Part shown: positions 54,691 through 64,000 of the stretch, one piece after another
How the letters are laid out: every line of letters starts with the position of its first letter
Position numbering within the stretch: position 1 is the first letter of the stretch
NCBI GenBank assembly: GCA_002189035.1
Contig: NEEC01000002.1
Location: forward strand, 2,914,001 to 2,978,000
Reading direction: 5' to 3'
DNA from: Utricularia gibba
Lineage: Eukaryota; Plantae; Magnoliophyta
Length of the DNA stretch: 64,000 nt
Made by a program: the position numbers and the translations under genes
The notes under the pieces: generated by a model
What the model was told of the DNA's origin: nothing
Databases searched by the model: none
What the model saw: the letters and a program-made list of their open reading frames with translations, nothing else

Positions 54691-56614
54691 CGAAAGTTGA
54701 TATAAGACGGCACAGCTCAATAGGAACGGTGCCAAGCCTAATCAGAAACAGGACTACCACTCTCTGAACATAAAAATATCCTGAGGAGCTACAGACATGA
54801 TACTTCGGAAGCCCAGAGAGTAGATAGTGGACGAAATTTATGGGTCAACTAATCGAGAGAGCCATGAGCAATCCCAACTCAAACCAGAATCTGCAATTCT
54901 TAAAAACATCTTTTTAGTGCACAGAAACTGGTAAACTAAGAAAACCAAAAAAAATGAATATTTTCTTCATGCCAAATCACATATAACAAGACAGCATGAC
55001 ATAGAGCTCAGAAGCATCTAGTATTTTGGCAAGTAAAATCATGATCCACAAACAAAGTGCAGCTTACATAGAATTCACAAACTCCACCGCACATACTTCC
55101 AGCACATCTTCATGCCAAATCGCATATAAGCAGCACTTTAATTCAAAAGACGACCTTACTTCCAAGAGATTGACACAGCAAATTCCTTAACCACAAAAAG
55201 GTATGAAATTACAGAAAATAGCGACACGGCTTGCACTTACCAGAAAATCAGCTAAGCCGGATGGAAAGAACACAGGACTCCTCAGAAACCGGATAAACCA
55301 ACTCAACAAACACTTCAGATCTGAAGAAACTCACGCCTCTCCTCTCCGATACGGCACCGTCCGCTTGATCAACCACTGGAAGATCCTCACAGAACGATCG
55401 CCGATCGAAAGTAACGGCTAGTTTCCGGTTCCAGGGAGCCACCAAAACCTCCTGCGCTCTCCACTGTGCTCGTTCACCTGCTTTCTATATATATACTGTA
55501 CATCTTTCACGACTCACGCTTTCTCAACACGCCGTGCTGCGATCGCAGCCGTCCAAAGCAAATGGTACCACGTATCGTAGCCGTCAATAGTGTGTAGATA
55601 AAGATGGGGCAAATGACGTGTAAAAATGTCAGCTATTTCCCATTGGCATCTATTCCACCGAAGGCTACTAATTATTATATTTTTACTTTAAAAAAAATAT
55701 TCAATTTCAAAGCTCATTTGGTGTCAAACTTTATTGTATTTTTTGTCAAAAAAATATTGGCATTTTTTAAGAATCTAAAAACTATCTACAGGACCCACGT
55801 TTGAACTTCAACGATGACGCAATAAAACTATTCCAAGATTATTCACGTCATTGTCGAATCAAAAAAGATTATTCATATAAATCCACAATAAAAAGTCCGA
55901 TATTCACAATTAAATGGGATTATTAGTTTTTTAAAGTTCTAATTAAATTTATATTTGTGAATGAGCAAAATAAATCAAGAATATAGATTTTTTAATATAG
56001 AATTGGAAAAGTTAAAGAACACAAAATTGTTAGATACAGCTACTTGAGCCAGCAATTCCATTGCAATGAAAAGGCAGTGTAGCAGTCCTTCAAACATGTC
56101 CTGGGTCGTCGTCCTTCCATGAAAGTCATTCATATTATTGCATTCCATAGAATAGAAGAAAGAATAACTTTCATGGAAGAGATCACTAATGAACCCAGGA
56201 AGATATCTGCATTGCTCAGTTAAGATTCATCTTCCCACAATGAAATCTCACATTTCAGGCGATTAAGCTTCCATTTTGGCTCGAAGGACAAAAGGCCAAT
56301 ATAGAGAAGCCAGTTTGGAGTAGATGCCATACAGCTCTAGCACATAGACCAAGCCTCACTTGCAAACATTAACAAAAATAGATAATGAAATATGGATCCA
56401 CAGGATTTCCCTAATGCAGGGAAAAGAAATATAAGCACACATATTTTGCCGCAAAGACCAATAAAATGATGATGTACAAGAACATTTTCAGAAGCCACCC
56501 TGGAGAAATAATGACAAATGAAGCACACCACCTACAGTATATTGACATTTATTGCAAAGAAACCAAAGGGATTTATCTCCAAAATCAACTTATATCTACA
56601 CTGATATCACCACA

Positions 56615-58065
56615 TCAAAATCTACAGCAGAAAATGCCAGATCCCCAGCCTGAGTTTTTCCTGTAATGTCGACGATCAGCTTTGGCCATTTTGACAGGAC
56701 TACTATTCCATTCAGATTGTATTCTGCAAAAGGATTTGTGTCGTTAGTAAGACTGAGCACTGTGGAATTCTTTGAATGCGAACAATACTAAGGAAGCATA
56801 CATCGGGAAAGCAAAAGATCTTCCACTTATACTGCCATCAGAGCGCATGGAGATGTTCCCAGGATGAGGCATTGGCTCGTTGAATGTTACTAGACTTGCT
56901 TTTGAGAAGCTAGACTCTCCCACATCGTATTTTTCTTGGTTGGGAACTGTATCATGCTTGGCTTGCCCACTGCTTGCAAGTTGAAATACCTCATCAGGAA
57001 AAAATACATCTAGAGTTTTTCTGTCCTTGCTTGAGAACTGCTCAGGGCCACCTCCATGTTCATCTTCTGGCAGCCCAGCTACAGATGTTGTTGGCTTACC
57101 ATCTTCACAACCCGATATTCCAGTAGGAATCTGCTTAATCAAAAATAAACGATGTCAACCTCCACATGGCTAATGGAGAAGTATGTAACGAAACGAAAAG
57201 CTAGCTGGACAAACCTCCAAGGAAAGTTGGTTGTCCTTATTTCCCTCATCACCGAAGGAGGTTAAAAAGGATCTGAAGATTCTTTGAGTTCCATTCTCTT
57301 GTGGAAGCTTACTACCTACGAGGGATCATTCCGTGAAACATCAGCTACATTCTTGGCATCTGTCCTTGAGTTTGATTCATGTCGCTGCACTGAGTTAACT
57401 GGAACATGGAATATAGATGGATACTGGGCTAGGTTGTTTCGTTGTTGAGATTTTGAACTTATTTGAGCATTTACTGGACCATACACACTCCCATCATCAT
57501 TGGCGGTAGAAACATCAAAAGAAAGACCTTTGGATCGGTATGACATGAAATGCTCCACTTCATATCCACCTCCTGTGCTTCCATATTTAACTGTGTTCCA
57601 AGAATCAGGTATGGAATTAGTAGACTGATCATTCTTATGGTTCACCTCGGTCATTCCTTTGCGACAATCTAATGTATCAAATACTAGAATACTTTTGTTG
57701 CTGCAAGGCTTGACATCCATCTCAGGTGCACAAATAGTCTTGCTAGAGTCCCTGCATTTGTTCACACTGTCTAGACTATTCTGAACTTTCTTTCCAACGA
57801 TTGGCTGACGTGATAGCTCACTATAACATTCTGCTCCTGATGAACCTCTGCTTTCATCTTCATTGTGAACAGAAAAATTAGCAAGAAAAGGGGACCAACT
57901 CGCTGCATCCCCACCTTCTGACTTGATAAATGACTGTGATATGTTACCCTTATGTTCGTCATTTAACTGGCATCCTTCCTTACTTTCCGAGCTATGAGGA
58001 TTAGCTCCCTCCCATAAAGCCTTGTTGCTGTAAATCATTGTGTTTTGAATTTCCTTCGTTCTCAT
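56615..58065 (-). CDS. BASL/'gar2-related' plant protein (At2g03810/At1g13650-like); start uncertain
   Basis: Family C-terminal motifs GNISMRSDGSISGRSFAFP-..SEWNSSPVKMAKADRRH...W...FCCRF*. Exons ~58065-57215, 57136-56800 and ~56725-56615. One apparent missing C at ~57322. Confidence 0.75.
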
Positions 58066-61000
58066 ATATTGTGGAGCTTGTTCACAGGTGCTGCAGGTGT
58101 ATGAAGATTCCTGAATTCTACATACAGATACAATAATCACTGTAAGGGATTGGAACGCATAATGAGCTAATATGACTTGACAGATATGAATCATTACCAA
58201 GATTTTAATTCACATCAGTTGGAAGGATCAAGAGAATCCACAAGTTTTGTAGGGCAGGAATACATCTGGCAAGGATCAAGGTGAAGCCATCCTATACAAA
58301 AGAAGAGTTAAAGCTAGCAGACTCCATCTGTTATGGAATCAAAAAGCTTGTGTAAAAGTACATATATCCAACGAAGCCGAATCCAACAGAATTTTTTATG
58401 TTTGAAGTAACAAACACATGATTTCTGCCATAAAGATCCGCCACACTGAAGGGAAGTTTATTGATCGATTTTAACCATACAGCAATACATACAAATATCT
58501 ACCCAGTCTTAAGAAAAAAAACCAAAAACTTTTTCTTGTGAAGCAACAGGGACACACAACTACAAGAGCTGCGTAGAAGGCACAAATCATACAACAAAAG
58601 GTCTTGACGAACAACTAACTTACTCCTAACTTACCAAAAACAAACAGTTTCTTTGAAGAAGGGATCAAACAGCGCAATTCTTGAAGGTGTCAAGAATCTT
58701 TTGAGGTTTCCTTAAAAAAAATGTTTTTGGTGGAAAATGAGGCAGCACATAGAATTCCTTAAAATTACTGCAAGGGTATGCATAGCAGAGAGGGTCAAGA
58801 ATCTTCCTTGTTGTCAAAAGGTAAAAGAAGAAGACAAGAAAGCGTCACAGTTTTTTAAACATCACTCAGAATTCTTGACATCTAACCATGAAGTGCTCCT
58901 ATCTCTTTACTTATCCCATTCATTTTTGTGTCTTCACTCCCTTCACTGACAAACCCACCCACACACAAGGTTCTTCTAGATCTATTCCCATACTTCATAC
59001 CCTGGAGCTCATCGCTGGCATAGTCCTGTTACCCAACTGAGATTATGGTAAAAAAGAAGAAACCCACAGCGAATATAAGCTTTCCTCTATTCCCTATAAA
59101 CCCCCAGTTCTTCAAAATATAAAAAATAAAAAGGAGAAAATTACAAGACTCCGCGGCACCTCACATCACCCATATTACACATTCATCTTTAAGGCCTCCC
59201 CCTTTCCAAGGTTTCGTCTTTACCACTGCCTTCTTTCTGAAGAAGAATACGATTCCAATCCCCACCCACGGAAAAAAAAAAAGAAAAGAAAAGGCCAATC
59301 CGCAGCCCAGTAATCTCTATGAGACACAAAGAGCGGATCCAAAAGGAAAAGAAGCAATGTAGTGATCGCTAAGTCATATTAAGCACAAACCCGTATTCAA
59401 CATCCAATGATGATACAACTCAGGTCATCTACCAGCAAGCAAAGAAAGAGAGAAGGTGTGGGAGCGTGAAAACGAAAACGCCTACGCTCGCTATGATGAG
59501 CTCCCTCGAATTTCAAGACCCACAAAAAAAACTTTCTCCGTTCTGACAGAGATGGTCTCCCCCGGCACCCCTGCCGTTGAGCTTGAACCGCAATACAGAT
59601 AGGCACAAAGTTACACACCCAATAGGAAGACACTTTTCATTTCACCACACAGACAGATGGAGACACGGAGGAGGAGACCCGCGAACTACTGCCCACAGGA
59701 GAGGCGCACCCCCCTTCGTCGCTATAAACCATATAATTTTGTTCCTCCAAAAAGGATATCGAAAACAAAACTTTTTTGTCAAATTTGGATGAGGTAGCAG
59801 CAGAACAAGACAGCATGTACTGGTGACCAATAATCATCAATGTCGTACCGGAAACAGTAGACGGAGCGACAAGAACACAGACTAGTCGAGTCGGGTATGC
59901 GTAATGCCTTCGACCCTTCCTTCTCTCCTGTCCTTCGTGAACGACAGGGTGCAATGGAGAAGGGAACAGCAGTCGCGGGAGCGGCAAGAGGGCAAAAATG
60001 GTCCACAGCACAGTGGCGCCCGGACAGGGAAGGATAAAATGGTAAAAATGTGAACCTGGCCCGACCCGACCCGGTTGGAAATTAAGAAGATGAGGCTTCC
60101 TTTCCCAGGGGAGACATGATTCGCTCCGTCATTAATAATTAATTACCGGGACCACCATGTGTTTAAAAAGTTGGGTAAATGTTAATTTACCAGCCCCAAC
60201 CCGTCTCTCCATTTACCTCAATTGACCGCACCATGGATCCATCATGAGATCGGTTTTTTGGTCCACATCATGTCTCCGCAGTTTAATTTTCCATCAGTTT
60301 TAACTGTTTGCATTTACCCCCATCTCACTTTTACTATGCCACACGCTCGTGGGTCCTTTTCTCACTTTTGTTATTTTTTATATTCACAAAGAAATATTTT
60401 AATTTACTCAATTTTGAGGTGAATTCCATGAATGACCTTTGATTAAGGGAATGTTTGATATTTAATATAATAGATGTCAACCATTAAAGTAGAATTTCAT
60501 TCAAACCAAGTGTTGTATTTAATTTTTAAAATGCGCTTTCTATAATATTTTAATCTATTATTTATGACATTATATTCATTAATAAAAAATATTTTAACTT
60601 GAATTTAAAATAATTATATGAGGCATAATCACTATTTTGAAAAAATTGCAACTTTCAAGGATGATGAATATGAATTTTAAACAAGAAAAGAGTTGAAACA
60701 TTTATATATAGTTTATAAATTAAGATGATTTAAGCACTGTATTATAGGGGCTTTCAAACGTGTATCAAATTCTATTATACGAGAATTAATTATTAAAAAT
60801 CATTTTAATTTTATGAAACATATGAGATGATAGATTATTTATAATAATTGATTTTTGAGAAGCAACTATAACATTGAAATTAAAGTTGTAGTCATTTTTT
60901 ATAAATTAAAATGCACAACTGGTCTAAATTAATTGTTATAATTAATATCGAAGTGAAATGCTCATTCCTGATTAAGATGACCAATTAATTGCACTGTTGC

Positions 61001-61696
61001 ATAATTTTCGAATAAATTGAATATAAAAATATTCAAATATTGAGGAGTCAACTTTTTTTTTTCAAATAAATAAATAAATAAAACAGTATTAATTTGCATA
61101 GAATAAATACCGCTGTACATTAAAACGTTACACATAATAGATGCGCTGAGTTAATGGTGGGGCACGGTTGCAACATTTTGTCGTGCGAGGGTGCGACACT
61201 TAGCGTTGTCCATCTACAGGCAGTAGACATTAAATTTGAAAGGTACATATTTATTGGTATAATATCTACTATGCATTATTATATGATTCTATAGCTCTTG
61301 TAATGAATGCATCCCTTTTCCTCTTTTTTCTTCTCGATCTTGGTTTTTTGAGATATTTTCGAGTTTTGGAAACATTTTAATGTTTATTTAAATGGAATAT
61401 TCCAAACTCTTTTTATTATTTATTTATATTATATTTGGATTTTTATAACTCCAAATACATCTTTACTGAAAGTTTTTTTTATTGAAACCATATCAAACAT
61501 TTGTTGTGGACGGAAGGAGTAATGTGATTAAATAGAAATACCTATTTAACTTTATATAATACATTTTATTCAAAAGAAAATAACATAAAACATTAAAAAA
61601 TAAAATTCAAAACGTACAATATCTAAAAAATAAAACATAGGTTGTCATTCAACGTGATCCACGATTACACATCATCAAGTTTGTCATTTCAATTGA

Positions 61697-64000
61697 TCAA
61701 GCAGTGAATCCACCGAGAGATGGCAGGAGTAGAGTGAATCGAGGGTGAGATTAAGCTCGATCCTTGACGCATCATCAAAGGCCCCTCCTCTGCAATCAAG
61801 GAACGCGACGACCATTTACGTCGCAATGCCAAATTTCAGAGAAGTTGAAGAAGCACTTACCCATTTGTTTTAAGAAGCGTATTGGGGAGCTGCAGCACAG
61901 TAGCGCACTGCATTCGCTGCTGCTCCTCGTTGATCTACAGCATCTCTTGATAAGGAACATAGAGAAAGGGGAGGGGTGGTGTTCCCAGATTCACCCTCTT
62001 AGTGAGTATTCTGTTTTGTTCTTGAATCGCCTTCTCCAACTCACATCCATACAGACACTTCATTGGGATTTTTATGCAAAAAAAGAGATCGAAGGTGAAG
62101 GAGCAAGCTGTTCAAGTACCTTGAGTAGAAGCTGGGATGTGGATTCATGTATGACCTGATTCTACACCAAAAAGAACGAGTGATGAAAGATCTTATGGCA
62201 ACAAGGTCCAATAGGTCGGGATTACTTCAGAAAAAATGGGCCAAGAAACTATTTGCGCATACTTTTCTTGTCCTTATAATCGTGAGAGCTGCTACAAGCT
62301 ACTAGTCCAGGTTCTGAAGACTTTTAAGCTCATGGAGTTCATATCGTCGCCCATACAGTTCTTAGTCACGATTTGTACACAAAGTCATCCAACACTAAAT
62401 GTGAGCTCTTGAACTCTCGTTTTCGTTTTTATTCTTTGACGAAATTTGTAAATGCATTCAGTAGAATGAGATGCCAGAATTAAACAGGGTGGAGGAGAAT
62501 AAGAACAATGTGTATTCACCTGTGGTTTCGCTGCAACAACTCATTTTTCTGCTTAAGTTTGCTGTACTATCTGTTGAAATTCAGGATCTGATGGGTCGGG
62601 CGAGTGCGTACGTGAATCCCAAGTATACAAGAAACGTGAATCACAATAGAAAAGATTAGGCCCAACCAATTATTAGTGATCCATAATTTCTTATATATTT
62701 GACTATTCTATTTTCATTCTCTAATGTGAGATTGTGTATTCTAACACCGCCCTCAAGTCGAACTGGTCTGTGATCCGGTGATGACTTGCTCCTTTTTTTT
62801 GTGATTGTAGGTAGTGCTCGGATCATAGGTCGATCTAATTTTTTGACGCCTAAGTCCAATGCATCTCCTTGTTTTTTTCCTTTTTTTTTTATTAACCGAA
62901 ACTTAGACCAGAATGAAACCCATCTTGGCCACCCAAGCCATGCCGTGAGGCAAACGCTCTGATACCATGTTGAAATTCAGGATCCAATGGGTCGGGCGAG
63001 TGCGTACGTGAAGTCCAAGTATACAAAAAACGTGAATCACAATAGAAAAGATTAGGCCCAACCGATTATTAGTGATCCACAATTTCTTATATACTTGACT
63101 ATTACACTTTCATTATCCGATATAGGATTGTGTATTCTAACACTATCAAACTAAACACTACTACTGTCCCATAGGCATGCTTAGTAGGCGTTGTTTCGCA
63201 CGTGTCTTTGCCACAAGTAGCTTGCGGAGCCATACACATCTTCTAAACTTCTTATCATTTTATTCATTAGTTACATATTGTAGTACTCCTCTAGTGAGCA
63301 TAAATATCATGCTCGTTGTTACATTCAGTTTGTTGGTTTTATTTCCACAGAACATTGTGTGAGTTTAATTTTAGATCATCGATCTCTACAATTTGTTCAG
63401 CAATTAACCTAACAAGATAAATAATCATCAAGAAAAAACCTCTACTAAACACAACAGTTTTGCTTCATTCATTTGCAAGTATGGGAGAAGTAGGCTCATT
63501 GGCCATCGATTGACTTTTTGCAAAAAAAAAAAAAAAAAAAAATCTCTCACACTTCTTAAGTATATGATCCATGCTGTGTTCACATAATATTTATGATACG
63601 AAAAAACAGAATAAAAGAGGAAGAAATCAAACGTATTGGTGCAAAGTTTACAATGGGAAGTATTTTCTTTTATAAAGCATTCCACATATACATAAAACAG
63701 TACACCCCTCATAGTAGATCTTAGATTCAAATCTTATAGAACCTAAAACCACAAATAGAAAAATCTGAAAAGATCCTCAAAAGAAATAGAAAACCCTGAT
63801 CGTCAAAAAATGAAAAAGAAAATACTCACCATGAATCGGTAGCATATTTGGAGAGCATCCTCATTTGACAGAAAACGACCAAACCAACTTTCGTGTCTCA
63901 TAAAATTGAGATCTCATGTGGTTTCTTCAACAGCCCGCCTCTTCTTTTAGAGAAAATAACCTGCCTGTTGATCTCGTTTTCAATCCTCTTCAACTGAGCA
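61697..64000 (-). pseudogene. AP1: APETALA1/SQUAMOSA (euAP1 clade) MIKC MADS-box pseudogene; start codon lies beyond the window edge
   Basis: All 8 exons are recognisable: 64000-63830 ([32 protein letters not shown]), 63573-63483, exon 3 split by the TRIM and ending at 62520 (YSKLKQKNELLQRNHR), ~62360-62263 (MGDD..SMSLK.LQNLD**L), 62161-62120, 62036-61995, 61934-61861, and 61789-61697 (ELNLTLDSLYSCHL..GFTA*). It has nonsense codons, broken splice sites and a TE insertion. Confidence 0.92.
62572..63142 (-). mobile_element. Complete TRIM (terminal-repeat retrotransposon in miniature), 571 bp
   Basis: Two 175-bp LTRs (62572-62746 and 62968-63142; TGTT...AACA; about 17 mismatches counted by eye). 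Perfect PBS TGGTATCAGAGC at 62967-62956. PPT-like GAGGGCGG next to the 3' LTR. Perfect 5-bp TSD CTATC at 62567-62571 and 63143-63147. Confidence 0.95.

Noticed and set aside
59498-59520. GAGCTCCCTCGAATTTCAAG resembling a miR159/319 arm
   Set aside because: There are several mismatches to the mature sequence, and no complementary arm forming the long miR159/319 hairpin was visible.
61764-62400. 131-aa + strand ORF and apparent degraded coding sequence of unknown or viral origin
   Set aside because: It is the antisense shadow of AP1 pseudogene exons 4-8.
62572-63142. Direct repeats that might be read as a CRISPR or simple tandem duplication
   Set aside because: There are only two 175-bp copies with PBS, PPT and TSD, which identifies an LTR retroelement in a eukaryotic genome.

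Overview
This is land-plant (eudicot) nuclear DNA, not prokaryotic. An Antirrhinum SQUA-type euAP1 C-terminal motif suggests an asterid, possibly Lamiales. The compact, short-intron gene block at 1-23.7 kb holds a TRIPP-like 3' end, an RLCK-VII kinase, a CBS/SnRK1-gamma-like gene, RPS9, a sphingoid base hydroxylase, RPL34, organellar L32p, an unknown plastid-type protein, a PPR gene, CDC48B, a multi-pass membrane protein, a WRKY relic and eIF5A. An AT-rich TE-remnant zone (copia, Mutator) follows at 24-32.5 kb, then POP1. A decayed CRM-clade Ty3/gypsy element (37.9-45.7 kb) carries a nested composite insertion with a Cassandra-type, 5S-rRNA-derived LTR. After it come an ELM2/SANT gene, a copia remnant, SOFL, PI4K-gamma, a BASL/gar2-related gene, and an 8-exon APETALA1 (euAP1) pseudogene disrupted by an intact TRIM with a perfect TSD. 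Many conserved genes show 1-2 nt deletions in short homopolymer runs, most likely long-read consensus errors, so single frameshifts are not treated as evidence of pseudogenisation. No tRNA gene, rRNA gene or CRISPR array was seen. Arabidopsis homologue names and locus IDs are recalled from memory, not from a search, and need BLAST confirmation.
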